Assembly (NCBI GenBank): GCA_963837335.1
Contig: CAWINS010000086.1
Coordinates: forward strand, 24,114-88,113
DNA: 64,000 bases
Direction: 5' to 3'
Source: an uncultured Actinomycetes bacterium
GTDB taxonomy: Bacteria > Actinomycetota > Actinomycetes > Streptosporangiales > Streptosporangiaceae
Shown here: piece after piece, positions 10,078-19,961 of the stretch
Layout: the number at the start of each line of letters is the position of its first letter
Position numbering within the stretch: position 1 is the stretch's first letter
Position numbers and translations under genes: made by a program
Notes under the pieces: generated by a model
What the model saw: the letters and a program-made list of their open reading frames with translations, nothing else
Told to the model about the DNA's origin: nothing
The model's database searches: none

Positions 10078-12318
10078 GTGAGCGAGACCATGCCCTCCGC
10101 CACCAGGCCGTCCACCACGGGGCCGTCCACCACGGGGCCGTCCACCACCGGGCCGTCCGCCACCGGCCCATCCACCACGGGGCTGGATGCCGCTGACGTC
10201 CTCACGGCTGCCGCGGCCGGGGGCGGCCGCCCGCGCGGCCGGACCGCCGCGCGGCTGGTCACCGGGGTACTGGCCCCGGTGGCCACGGTGGTCGTGGTGG
10301 TGGCCGGGCTGCGGACGCAGGTCCCCGGCGGCCTGCCCGCGGTGGTCACGGTGGCCTTCGTGCTCACCCTGGCCTGGGCCGTGGTGGCCGCCGTCTGCGC
10401 CAGGCGGCAGGCGGCCGGCCAGCCCGCGCCGTGGCCGGTGGCCGGAGGCGCGCTGGCCGGGGCGATCGCCCTGACCGCGGCCCGGCTGGCCAGCCAGCCA
10501 CCGGCAGGACAGCACCACCTGGCCCGGGCGGTGGCGACCGTGGCCGGCCCGCTGGTCATCGCGGCCTCCGTGCACTTCGCGCTGGCCGCGCCCAACGGCC
10601 GGCTCGGCAGCCGGGCCCGGCAGGGTGCCGCCGCGCTCGGGTACCTGGCCGCGCTGGGCGCCGGGATCACGCTGGCGCTGGCCGGCCACCCCTTCCCGGC
10701 CGTGGCCGCCGCGGTGATCTGGCCGCTGGCGCTGCTCGCCACGGTCCCGGCGGCCCGGCTCCGCTACGCCCGGCTGGGCGGGCACGACCGCGAGCGGATG
10801 CAGTGGCTCGCCATCGGCACGGTGCTGGCCGCGGACGCGGCCCTGGTCTGCGGGGTGCTGCACCTCCTGGTCGACTGGCCCGGCCCGGTCGCCGCGGTCA
10901 GCCTGGCCTTCACCCTGGCGGTGCCGGCCGGCCTGATCGCCGGCACCAGCAGCCGGCTGGGCCCGCTGGCCGGCCGCCTGCTGGTGCACGTGCTGTCGCT
11001 GGCCGGGTTCAGCCTCGTGGTCGCGGCCATCTACGTGGTGATCGTGCTCGGCCTCGGGCAGCGGCCCGGCGATCACGGGGACCGGGAAATCCTGGGCCTG
11101 TCCATGCTCGCCGCCGCGGTCACCGCGGTGGGCTACCTGCCCGCCCGGGACCGCCTGATGGCCTCCGCCACCCGGTTCGTGTACGGCGCCCGGGAGGCGC
11201 CCGACGAGGCGCTGCGCACCTTCGGCAGCCGGATGACCCGGGCCGTGGCCATGGACGAACTGCTCCTCCAGCTGGCCGAATCGCTGCGCAAGACGATGCT
11301 CCTGACCAGCGCCGAGGCGTATTCAGGAAGCGGTGAAGTGCTGGAGCGCACGGTGTCGGTCCCGGACGCGGGGCGCAGGTCCATCATCATCGGCGACCGC
11401 GAGCGCCCGGTCGTGACCCGGGCCGGGGTGTCCGGCAGCGCCTGGGCGTCCATCTGGCTCCCGGCGCTGCTCGACGGGCGGCCGCGGGCCCAGCTGCGGG
11501 TCGCCCCGATCAGCCACGCGGGGGAACTGCTCGGCCTGCTGGTCGTCGAGCGCCCCGAGGACGCGGACGCGTTCACCGAGGAAGATGACCGGGTGCTGAC
11601 CGAGCTGGCCCGCCAGGCCGGCCTGGCCTTCTACAACGTCCGGCTGGACGCTGCGCTGCAGACCACCCTGGACGAGCTCCGGCACCAGGCCGACGAGCTG
11701 CGCGAATCACGCGCCCGCGTGGTGGCCAGCGGCGACGCGGAGCGGCGCCGGGTCGAGCGGGACCTGCACGACGGCGCCCAGCAGCACCTGGTGGCGCTGG
11801 CCGTCAACCTGCGGCTGGCCCGGGACATCATCACCGACGACCCGGAGGCCGGCGTGGAGATGCTGGCCCAGATGGCCGAGGACGTCCAGACCACCATCCG
11901 GGAACTGCGCGAGCTGGCCCACGGCATCTACCCGCCGCTGCTGGCCGACAACGGGCTGGGTGAGGCGCTCCGCGCCGCGGCCAACCGTTCCCCGCTCCCG
12001 GTCACCGTGAGCACCGACGGCATCGGCCGGTACTCCCAGGGCGTGGAGACGGCCATCTACTTCTGCGTCCTGGAAGCGCTGCAGAACGCGGCCAAGCACG
12101 CCGCCGGGGCCACCGTCGAGGTGCGGCTGTGGGAGGAGGCCGGCGGGCTGCTCTTCTCGATCAGCGACGATGGCCCGGGGTTCGACGCGGCCCGGGCCCG
12201 TGGCGGTCACGGGTTCGTGAACATGTCCGACCGGCTGGGCGCGATCGGCGGGACGGTCCGGTGGGAATCGCGGCCCGGCCACGGATCCACGATCAGCGGT
12301 TCGGTGCCGATCATCTGA
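10078..12318 (+). CDS. Membrane sensor histidine kinase, HisKA_3/NarX-type, with an N-terminal PSTTG repeat
   Basis: 746-aa ORF with several TM helices, a GAF-like middle, the H-box DLHDGAQQHLVAL and a HATPase_c domain (DDGPGF..GHGFVNMSDR). Confidence 0.85.
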   Translation: MSETMPSATRPSTTGPSTTGPSTTGPSATGPSTTGLDAADVLTAAAAGGGRPRGRTAARLVTGVLAPVATVVVVVAGLRTQVPGGLPAVVTVAFVLTLAWAVVAAVCARRQAAGQPAPWPVAGGALAGAIALTAARLASQPPAGQHHLARAVATVAGPLVIAASVHFALAAPNGRLGSRARQGAAALGYLAALGAGITLALAGHPFPAVAAAVIWPLALLATVPAARLRYARLGGHDRERMQWLAIGTVLAADAALVCGVLHLLVDWPGPVAAVSLAFTLAVPAGLIAGTSSRLGPLAGRLLVHVLSLAGFSLVVAAIYVVIVLGLGQRPGDHGDREILGLSMLAAAVTAVGYLPARDRLMASATRFVYGAREAPDEALRTFGSRMTRAVAMDELLLQLAESLRKTMLLTSAEAYSGSGEVLERTVSVPDAGRRSIIIGDRERPVVTRAGVSGSAWASIWLPALLDGRPRAQLRVAPISHAGELLGLLVVERPEDADAFTEEDDRVLTELARQAGLAFYNVRLDAALQTTLDELRHQADELRESRARVVASGDAERRRVERDLHDGAQQHLVALAVNLRLARDIITDDPEAGVEMLAQMAEDVQTTIRELRELAHGIYPPLLADNGLGEALRAAANRSPLPVTVSTDGIGRYSQGVETAIYFCVLEALQNAAKHAAGATVEVRLWEEAGGLLFSISDDGPGFDAARARGGHGFVNMSDRLGAIGGTVRWESRPGHGSTISGSVPII
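10108..10182 (+). repeat. 15-bp in-frame tandem repeat x5 encoding (PSTTG)n
   Basis: The unit ccgtccaccacgggg is repeated at 10108, 10123, 10138, 10153 and 10168. The last three copies carry 1-3 substitutions. Confidence 0.9.
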
Positions 12319-12381
12319 CAATCAAGATCCACTGCCCGCAACGAAAACCGTCCCGGCCGGCGGCCGCACCGCGGATAGCGG

Positions 12382-12774
12382 TCAGCTGGCCGCGAAGGAC
12401 CCCGAGCTGCGCTCCGCCCACAACCGGCGGAGCAGGTCGGCGCCGAACTGTTCCTTGTTCACGTAGGCGGCCGCGCCGCTGTCCGCGGCCGCGGGCGGCA
12501 GGTCGGCCACGTCATAGGTGGAACAGAGGAACACCACCACGTCGGGATGGGCGGCCAGGATGCGCCGGGTCGCCTCGATCCCGTTCATTTCGGGCATGTT
12601 GATGTCCATCAGCACCAGCTCGGGGTGCAGCGCGTCGACGAGCTGGATCGCCTCCGGGCCGCTGGACGCCTCCCCCGCTAGCTCAAAACAGTCGATTCTG
12701 CGCAGCACGGCCCGGGCGGCCATCCGGAACGGTGCTTGGTCGTCTACCACGACCACTGCGTGCGGGGTGGTCAT
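12382..12774 (-). CDS. Stand-alone receiver-domain response regulator (CheY-like)
   Basis: 130 aa with VVVVDDQ, LVLMDINMPEMNG and no output domain. Confidence 0.85.
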   Translation of the reverse strand: MTTPHAVVVVDDQAPFRMAARAVLRRIDCFELAGEASSGPEAIQLVDALHPELVLMDINMPEMNGIEATRRILAAHPDVVVFLCSTYDVADLPPAAADSGAAAYVNKEQFGADLLRRLWAERSSGSFAAS

Positions 12775-12837
12775 GGTTCAAGCTTGTCACGAGGCGCCCG
12801 GCGGGCCGAGGGTGCTGCCACCCCTGAGGCCGGTGGG

Positions 12838-13512
12838 TCAGCTTCCCTGGGTGTCGGCCAGGTAGAGCAGCACCGCCTTGACCCGCCGGTTCAGGTCCTT
12901 CTCCTCGCTCAGCCCGAGCTTGGCGAAGATCGAGTTGGTGTGCTTTTCCACCGCCCGCTCGGACACCGTCAGGGTGAGCGCGATCGCGGCGTTGCTCTTG
13001 CCCTGGGCCATCTCGGCCAGGATCTCGGTCTCCCGGGGGGTGAGCTGGGCCAGGCTGGACTGCTGGTGCGCCGAGCGGGACCGGACCAGCTCGTCCACCA
13101 CCATCGGGTCGATCACCGACCCGCCGCCGGCCACCGCGCGGATGGCCCGGGCCAGCTCGTCCACGCTGGCCACCCGCTCCTTGAGCAGGTAGGCCCGGCC
13201 GGCCGAGCCGTGCTCGAGCAGGGCCATGGCGTAGCCGGGCGCGGTGTACTGGCTCAGCACGACCACGCCCACGTCCGGGTGGTTCTCCCGGAGCCAGGCG
13301 GCGGCCTGGATGCCTTCATTGGTCCCGGTGGGCGGCATCCGGATGTCCGTGATGACCACGTCCGGGCCCTCGGCGCCGACCAGGGCCAGCAGCTGGGGCA
13401 GGTCGGAGGCCGTGCCGACCAGCTCGAAATCGTCGTTCGCCGCGACCAGCCGGGAGACACCCTCCCGGAGCAGCACGTTGTCTTCCGCCAGCGCGACGCG
13501 AATCCTGTCCAT
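12838..13512 (-). CDS. NarL/LuxR-family DNA-binding response regulator
   Basis: The true start is MDRIRVALAEDN at 13512. The track ORF 12838-15189 reads on into the antisense of the MFS gene. REC is followed by the HTH LTPRETEILAEMAQGKSNAAIALTLTVSERAVEKHTNSIFAKL. Confidence 0.9.
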   Translation of the reverse strand: MDRIRVALAEDNVLLREGVSRLVAANDDFELVGTASDLPQLLALVGAEGPDVVITDIRMPPTGTNEGIQAAAWLRENHPDVGVVVLSQYTAPGYAMALLEHGSAGRAYLLKERVASVDELARAIRAVAGGGSVIDPMVVDELVRSRSAHQQSSLAQLTPRETEILAEMAQGKSNAAIALTLTVSERAVEKHTNSIFAKLGLSEEKDLNRRVKAVLLYLADTQGS

Positions 13513-13583
13513 CAGGCCGTGATCGTAGCGTGTCCAGGCCTTTCCGCACAGGTATCCGGGGCCGCAGCTCAGCTCTGAGTGGG

Positions 13584-15143
13584 TCAGTGCGGGCCGTGGG
13601 CCCGGGCGCCGGGTGCGGGCCGGACCGCGGGCCCGGCCACCAGGGTGAGGACGGCCAGCACGGCGGCGACCCCGGCGGCGACGGTGAACGCCTGGTGATA
13701 CCCGGCCGCGAACCCGGCGCCGGTCATCAAGGCCCCCGCGCCCCCCGGGCTGGCGGGCGTGGTGCCGGCGGGCCCGGAGGTGATGGGCGCCGCGGCGATG
13801 GGCGCGGTGCTGATGGCCGCCGCGGCGATCGCGGTGAAGACCGCCACCCCCAGCGCCGCGCCGAGTTCGTGCGCGGTGGCCAGGAAGCCGGACGCGAGCC
13901 CGGCGTCCCCCGGGCCGGTGTCGGCCAGGGCGGTCACCGAGGCGGCCGGCAGGACCAGTCCGGTGCCGAAGCCGAGGACCAGGAAACCGGGCAGCAGGCC
14001 GGGGTAGCCCGCCGCGGCGCTGGCCTGGGCCAGCAGCAGCGCCCCGCCGGCCATCAAGGCCAGGCCGGCCGCGGCCAGCACCCGGGAGCCGGCCCGGGCC
14101 AGCAGCCGGGACGCCAGGTGCGCGCCCGCCCCGATCACCAGGACCAGGGGCAGGAAGCCCAGCCCGGCCCGGACGGGGGAGTCGCCCAGCACGTTCTGCA
14201 GGTAGAGCGAGCCGAGGAAGAACGCGGCGACCAGGACGCCGGTCGCCCCCAGCATGACCAGGGCGCCGCTGGCCAGCCGCCGGTTGCGCCAGGCCCGCGG
14301 CGGGAACAGCGGATCCCGGGCCGTGCGCTCGGCCAGCGCGAACGCGGCGAGCAGTACCGCCGCCCCGAGCAGCAGGCCGATGGTCCAGGACGAGGCCCAG
14401 CCGTGACCGGGAGCGCCGGTGATGGCGTAGATAGCCGTGCCGAGCCCGGTCACGCCGAGCAGTGCGCCCGTCAGGTCGAGCCGGGCCAGGCCGTGGCCCG
14501 CCGCGGCCGGCCGCGGGATCAGGCGCCCGGCCAGGACCCAGGCCGCCGCGCCGACCGGCACGTTGATCAGGAACACCGACCGCCAGCCGAGCCAGGTGGT
14601 CAGCACGCCGCCCAGCAGCACGCCGGCCGCGGCGCCGGCGGCACCCAGCGCCCCCCAGACGCTGAGCGCGGCGGCGCGCTGTGCGCCCGCGTACGTCGCG
14701 GTGATGACCGACAGGGCCGCCGGGGTGAGCAGCGCGGCGCCGAGTCCCTGCGCGGCCCGGGCGCCGATCAGCGCGCCGGCCGCGGGAGCCAGGCCGCTGG
14801 CCAGGGATGCGGCCGTGAACAGCGCCAGCCCGGCCAGGAACACCCGCTTGCGGCCCAGGAGGTCGGCGGCCCGGCCGCCGAGCAGGGTCAGGCCGCCGGT
14901 CATCAGCACATAGGCGGTGACGACCCAGGGCAGCCCGGCCGCGCTCAGGCCCAGCGCCCGGCCGATGGACGGGAGCGCCACGTTCACCACGGTGATGTCC
15001 AGGATCACCATGAATTCGGCCACGCAGAGCAGGACCAGGACCGCCCAGGGCTGGCGGGCGGGTACCCCGTGCTGCCCCGGGACGGGGGCCGGGACCGGGG
15101 TCCGGGAGTGGGCGGAAGGGTGTGGGAGTGAGCCGTGAGCCAT
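13584..15143 (-). CDS. MFS transporter, DHA2 (EmrB/QacA-like, 14-TMS) family
   Basis: 519 aa with the motifs LDITVVNVALPSI and GGRAADLLGRKRVFLAGL, and many TM helices. Confidence 0.85.
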   Translation of the reverse strand: MAHGSLPHPSAHSRTPVPAPVPGQHGVPARQPWAVLVLLCVAEFMVILDITVVNVALPSIGRALGLSAAGLPWVVTAYVLMTGGLTLLGGRAADLLGRKRVFLAGLALFTAASLASGLAPAAGALIGARAAQGLGAALLTPAALSVITATYAGAQRAAALSVWGALGAAGAAAGVLLGGVLTTWLGWRSVFLINVPVGAAAWVLAGRLIPRPAAAGHGLARLDLTGALLGVTGLGTAIYAITGAPGHGWASSWTIGLLLGAAVLLAAFALAERTARDPLFPPRAWRNRRLASGALVMLGATGVLVAAFFLGSLYLQNVLGDSPVRAGLGFLPLVLVIGAGAHLASRLLARAGSRVLAAAGLALMAGGALLLAQASAAAGYPGLLPGFLVLGFGTGLVLPAASVTALADTGPGDAGLASGFLATAHELGAALGVAVFTAIAAAAISTAPIAAAPITSGPAGTTPASPGGAGALMTGAGFAAGYHQAFTVAAGVAAVLAVLTLVAGPAVRPAPGARAHGPH

Positions 15144-15306
15144 GCTGGCCTCCGCGCGCTTCTGGGTTGACGATAGTGTTAACCGTCATCCTGCGCGTCG
15201 GCTTACAGGTCTGTCAACCCAGAATCGGCACCCGGCGCTGGCGTCTTAGGGCCCGGCACCCAGCACCGGCACACCCGCACCCCGGCACCCCGGGACCGGG
15301 CGGAGC

Positions 15307-16263
15307 CTAGGACGGGAAGACGTGCTCCTGGTACCACTCCCAGGTCTGGGTAATGCCCTCTTCCCGGCTGATACCGGGCGTATAGCCGAGCACCTGCTTG
15401 GCCAGGTCGTAGGTGGCGAAGTTGCGGTCCACCTCGCCGACCCGCCGGGGCTGGTACTCCACCGGGTGATCAGGCTGGCCCGCCGCGTTCCGGCAGAGGT
15501 CGGCGAGTTCGGTGATGGTGGTCTCCACCCCGGAGGCGATGTGCAGGACCGTGCCGCCTGGCACGTCGCCTTCCAGGGCCAGCTGCAGCGCGTGGGCGAT
15601 GTCATCCACATGCGTGTAGTCCCGCGACGACGTCCCGTCGCCGTAGATCACGATGGGCTGGCCGGTATGCAGGGCCCGGAAGAACACCGTCATCGCGCCC
15701 TTCTTGTGACCACTCCACGGGCCGTAGATGTTGGCGAACCGCAGCGCCACCGTGCGCATCCCGAAGGACTTGGCGAAGGCGTGCGCGTACCCCTCCCCGG
15801 CGAGCTTGCTCGCACCGTACGGCGAGATCGGCTTGGGCAGGGAGAACTCGTTGACGGGGGGCTGGGCGTCACCGATGAGCGCACCCCCGGTGGAGGCCAG
15901 GACCACCCGCTCCACGCCGGCCCGGCGGGCCGCGTCCAGCACCCGGAACGTGCCCAGCACGTTGGCCTCGAAGTTCATCACCGGGTCGGCCACGGACATC
16001 ACGACCGAGCCGGCCGCGGCCAGGTGGATGATCGACTCGATCCCGGCCAGCGCGCCGGCCAGGGCACCGCCGTCGCGGATGTCGCCTTCCACCAGTTCGG
16101 CGTCCACGCCGTCCAGGTAGGCCGGGTTGCCGGTGGAGTAGTTGTCGAACACGCGGACTGAATGCCCGCTGCCCGCCAGCCGCCGGACCAGCGTCGCGCC
16201 CACGAAGCCGGCTCCGCCGGTGACCAGCACACGCTGAGGAGCATTCACGACAGGTTCAGTCAT
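15307..16263 (-). CDS. NAD-dependent epimerase/dehydratase (UDP-glucose 4-epimerase-like)
   Basis: 318 aa with the Rossmann motif VTGGAGFVG and the catalytic YGASK. Confidence 0.9.
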   Translation of the reverse strand: MTEPVVNAPQRVLVTGGAGFVGATLVRRLAGSGHSVRVFDNYSTGNPAYLDGVDAELVEGDIRDGGALAGALAGIESIIHLAAAGSVVMSVADPVMNFEANVLGTFRVLDAARRAGVERVVLASTGGALIGDAQPPVNEFSLPKPISPYGASKLAGEGYAHAFAKSFGMRTVALRFANIYGPWSGHKKGAMTVFFRALHTGQPIVIYGDGTSSRDYTHVDDIAHALQLALEGDVPGGTVLHIASGVETTITELADLCRNAAGQPDHPVEYQPRRVGEVDRNFATYDLAKQVLGYTPGISREEGITQTWEWYQEHVFPS

Positions 16264-16456
16264 GACCGGTAAAGCTAGCAGCGCTTCAGCGTGGCCGGGA
16301 CGTCCGCTGCGGCCATGGGTGTGGCGTCCAGCGGACCAGGGGCGGGGACCGTGGGCCGGGCCCGGTTTATTCGCGGAACCGGCGTACAGTCGTCATTACC
16401 GTGGCGGTTGTCGACCCAGCTGCTCCCGGGCCCTCGCTTCATGCTGCGGAGGTGGA

Positions 16457-16858
16457 GTGAACAGCTGGGTTTTCGGCGCGGTCTGCGGTGATCTTCCAGC
16501 GGTCCGCGTGCCGGAGCAAGCCGACTCCAGCCGGCTCCACGCCGTCTTCACCAGCCCTCCGGCGACCCTTCATCTGGCCGGGGACATCGACGAGTGCACC
16601 TTTCCTGACCTCACGAAAATCCTCGCCCGCGCGGCGGCCGCCGGAGCGCCCCGGATTCACATCGACCTGGCCGACGTCCAGTACTGCGATGTGGCCGGCC
16701 TGCGGGCTATCATTTCCCTGGCCGGCGGCCAGGAGAAAGACGGGGTCGCCGTCGATGAAATCGTGTTCACCCATCTGCCGGGACCGTTGCAGCGGGTCCT
16801 GCGTATTCTCGGCTGGGACGCTGCCCCCGGGGTGATCCTGGACGGCTCCACCTGCTGA
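16457..16858 (+). CDS. STAS-domain protein (anti-sigma-factor antagonist-like)
   Basis: GTG at 16457 sits behind GGAGG (16448-16452). The STAS-like core is LHLAGDIDECTFPDL..IHIDLADVQYCDVAGLRAIISL. The upstream part of track ORF 16262-16858 is non-coding-like. Confidence 0.7.
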   Translation: MNSWVFGAVCGDLPAVRVPEQADSSRLHAVFTSPPATLHLAGDIDECTFPDLTKILARAAAAGAPRIHIDLADVQYCDVAGLRAIISLAGGQEKDGVAVDEIVFTHLPGPLQRVLRILGWDAAPGVILDGSTC

Positions 16859-16964
16859 CCGGCCCGGTCTGCAGGCCGAGCCGATGAGATGACCGGGCGC
16901 GTGGACCGGCAGTGCGGGAGGCGATACCACGACCGCTCACCCGGCAGCCCTTCCTCCCGCCACC

Positions 16965-17548
16965 GTGGTCGCCGTCGCCGCGTCGGCCGGCGGGGTCACC
17001 GCGCTGCGAACATTCGTGTCCAGGCTGCCGGAGGATTTCCCGGCGGCTGTCCTCGTCGTCCTGCATATCCCGGCCCGCGGCCCTACGGTGCTGCCGGAGA
17101 TCTTGTCCCGGGCCCGCTGCCGGCCCGCCACCCCGCCGATGGTGAGCCTCTGGCCGGCGGGGTCATCCTGGTCGCGCCGCCGGACCGGCACCTGGCTGCG
17201 TCCGGCGGCTGCGCCCGCCTGCTGGCCAGCCCGCCGGAACGGGGGCACCGGCCGTCCGCGGATGTCCTGCTGCGCAGCACAGCCAGCGAATTCGGGGCCG
17301 CGTGCTGCGGCGTCATCCTCTCCGGCACCATGAACGACGGGGCGGCCGGCCTGGCCGCGGTCCGCGAGGCCGGGGGCCTCGCCCTGGTCCAGGATCCGGC
17401 GGAGGCTGACTTTCCCGGCATGCCCCGGGCGGCCATCGAGGCGGCGGATCCGCAGTTCGTCGGGCCACTGTGCGTGCTGGCGGATCACCTCCGCGTGTGG
17501 ATCAGCGGCCAGGACACCCAACCGGGCCGCCACAGCCGCGGAGCGTGA
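16965..17548 (+). pseudogene. CheB-type protein-glutamate methylesterase catalytic domain, one frameshift
   Basis: [36 protein letters not shown]...EILSRA is in one frame. [28 protein letters not shown]...[10 protein letters not shown]...[13 protein letters not shown] continues in another. The shift is near 17108. Confidence 0.65.
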
Positions 17549-17614
17549 CCAGGCTAAGCTCCTGCAGGGAGGCGCTGGCGACCTGGCCGCGTCGCCGCGC
17601 CCGATGGAGACCCG

Positions 17615-19457
17615 ATGGCCACCCCAGCTGAGGACGGCGAGCTGGAAGCACTGCTCGACTACGTCCACGAGCGGCGGAACTTCGACTTCCGCGGCTACAA
17701 ACGGGCCAGCCTCACCAGGCGCATCGTCAAGCGGATGCAGGCCATCGGCGTCGATGGCTACCGGCACTACATAGAGGTCCTCGAGGCCAACCCGGGCGAG
17801 TTCGCGGAGCTGTTCAACACCATCCTGATCAACGTCACCGGGCTGCTGCGCGACCGGGACGCCTGGGCCGTCCTCGCGGGCACGGTGATCCCGCGGCTCG
17901 CCGAGGCCAGAACCCCCGGCGAGCCGGTGCGCGTGTGGTCGGCAGGCTGCGCGTCCGGTGAGGAGGCGTACTCCCTCGCGGTACTGCTGGCCGAGGCGTT
18001 CGGTGAGGAACGGTTCCGCGAGTCCGTGAAGATCTACGCGACCGACGCCGACAACGAAGCTCTCGCGGAAGCCCGTCGTGGCCGTTACCGGCTACCAGAA
18101 CCTGCTGGAGGCGTTCGGGGAGGAGCGGACACCGCGCTTCTTCGACACCGACGGTGACTACGGGATCTTCCGCGGCGACCTGCGCCGGGCCCTGATCTTC
18201 GGGCGGCACGATCTCGTGCAAGATCCGCCCATTTCCCGGATCGACCTGCTGACCTGCCGGAACACGCTGATGTACTTCACCGCCGAGGTCCAGGCCAAGG
18301 TCCTGGCCAGCTTCCAGTTCGCCCTCAGCCCGGGCGGGTACCTGTTCCTGGGTAAATCCGAGGCCCTGGTGACCAGGACCCAGATGTTCGAGGTTGTCAA
18401 CCTGGCCCAGCACATCCTCCGCAAGGAAGGCGCGGCCGCCGACGTCATGACCGTGACGCCGGCCGACACGGTGCGGCCCGTCGCCGCCCCGCGCGCTGAC
18501 GGCCACCGGCCCCTGGAGGCGCTGTTCGAGCAGAACGTGGTGCCCCAGGTGATGCTGGACGCCAGCGGGAACCTGGTGCACGCCAACCGCGCCGCCCGCC
18601 GGATGTTCTCGATCGGCTCCGCGCAACTGGGGCGTCATCTGCGCGAGGCCGAGCTGTACCACCACCCGGCCGACCTGCGCACCCCCGTCGAGCAGGTGCA
18701 GCGTGTCCGCCAGCCGGCCGCCGTCTACGACGTGCCCTTCCACGGCCATGACGGGGTGCGGTCCCTGGACATCATCATCGCGCCGCTCGATGGCCCTTCT
18801 GGGCTGGTCATCTCATTCCTGGATGCCAGCCGGTACCAGGATCTCCGCGCCGAACTGGAGAACTCCCGCCACGAGCTGAAGACCGCCTACGAGGAACTTC
18901 AGTCCACGGTGGAAGAGCTGGAGACCACCAACGAGGAGTTCCAGTCCACCAACGAGGAACTCGAGACCACCAACGAAGAGCTGCATTCCACCAACGAGGA
19001 ACTCGAGACCATGAACGAGGAACTCCAGTCCACCAACGAGGAGCTGGAGACCATCAACAACGAGCTCAGGGATCGCAGCGCCGAGGTCACCGAGCTCAAC
19101 CAGTTCCTCGGGTCGATCCTGGGCAGCTTCCAGTCCGCGGTGGTGGTGGTGGGCACCGAGATGGAGATCCGGGCCTGGAACCGGCAGGCCGAGGACCTCT
19201 GGGGGCTGCGCAGCGACGAGGTGCTGAACCAGCACTTCCTGAACCTGGACATCGGGTTCCCGGTGGAGAAGCTGCGCGGTCCCATCCGCAGCCTGCTGGC
19301 CGGCCGTACCGGCCACGACCAGGTGACCTCCGCGGCGGTGAACCGCCGCGGACGGCCCATCGAATGCACGGTCAGCCTCACCCAGCTCGCGGGGGCGGGT
19401 GCGACCCGCGGGGTGATCCTGGTCATGGACGCCGCCGCCCGCGAGCCGGTGGCCTAA
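17615..19457 (+). pseudogene. CheR-type methyltransferase + PAS + coiled coil + PAS protein, one frameshift
   Basis: The CheR N-terminus and SAM domain (VWSAGCASGEEAYSLAVLL) in ORF 17615-18157 continue in ORF 18078-19457 (DLLTCRNTLMYF..GGYLFLGKSE). The shift is near 18075-18090. There is no CheA, CheW or MCP in the window. Confidence 0.7.
18890..19070 (+). repeat. ~21-bp imperfect tandem repeat encoding heptads (STNEELET)n
   Basis: The encoded peptide is ELQSTVEELETTNEEFQSTNEELETTNEELHSTNEELETMNEELQSTNEELETINNEL, a coiled-coil linker between the PAS regions. Confidence 0.8.
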
Positions 19458-19900
19458 CCAGGCCGCCCGGCTCCGCGGGCCTGGCCCGGCGGGTCCTGCC
19501 CGCGCTCCGGACCCGGCCGCCCCTTGGTCACGGCCCGCTCCACGATGCCGGCCGCCAGCTCGCTGACCCGGACATTGCTCCGCTGGGACGCCCGGCGGAG
19601 CATGTCGAAGGCTTCTTCGGGAGTGCAGCCCGTCTGGGCGATGAGGATGCCCTTGGCCTGCTCGATCACCGGCATGGTCTCGAGCTTGGCCTGGAGCCGG
19701 GCGTAGGCCGAGTCGTGCAGCTGCTCCCGCTGGCTGCGCCCGTTCGCGAGCGAGTACCGGGTGACTCTCAGCCGCTCGGCCGCAGCGGCCAGCCGCTCCG
19801 AGTTCTCCGCCAGCGCAGCCCGCGCCGCGGCCACCCGCTCGGTAAGGGTGAGATAGGCATCCGTCTCAGGGGCGGTGCCCGCCACTTCCTGTCGCATCAA
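19454..19900 (-). CDS. ANTAR-domain RNA-binding regulator (coiled-coil N-terminus)
   Basis: 148 aa. The ANTAR core is VIEQAKGILIAQTGCTPEEAFDMLRRASQRSNVRVSELAAGIV. Confidence 0.8.
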   Translation of the reverse strand: MMRQEVAGTAPETDAYLTLTERVAAARAALAENSERLAAAAERLRVTRYSLANGRSQREQLHDSAYARLQAKLETMPVIEQAKGILIAQTGCTPEEAFDMLRRASQRSNVRVSELAAGIVERAVTKGRPGPERGQDPPGQARGAGRPG

Positions 19901-19961
19901 GTGCCTCCCGGCCGGAGCTCACGACGCGCGAATCTTAACTCTACCGGGCGCTCGCGGCGGG

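Noticed and set aside
12838-15189. 783-aa ORF in the track.
   Set aside because: Only the last 224 codons (from MDRIR at 13512) form a NarL-type regulator. The upstream part is the shadow frame of the MFS transporter gene at 13584-15143 on the same strand.
15165-15229. Inverted repeat GGTTGAC...GTCAACC and the GTTAAC palindrome upstream of the MFS transporter, considered as a TetR/MarR operator.
   Set aside because: The arms are short (7 bp) and 51 nt apart, and no adjacent TetR/MarR regulator gene is present. That is not enough to call a site.
16365-16387. GTTT-N13-GCGTAC upstream of the STAS gene, considered as another sigma-B/F-type promoter.
   Set aside because: The -10 element is GCGTAC rather than GGGTA, and the spacing is short. 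It does not meet the pattern used for the other sites.
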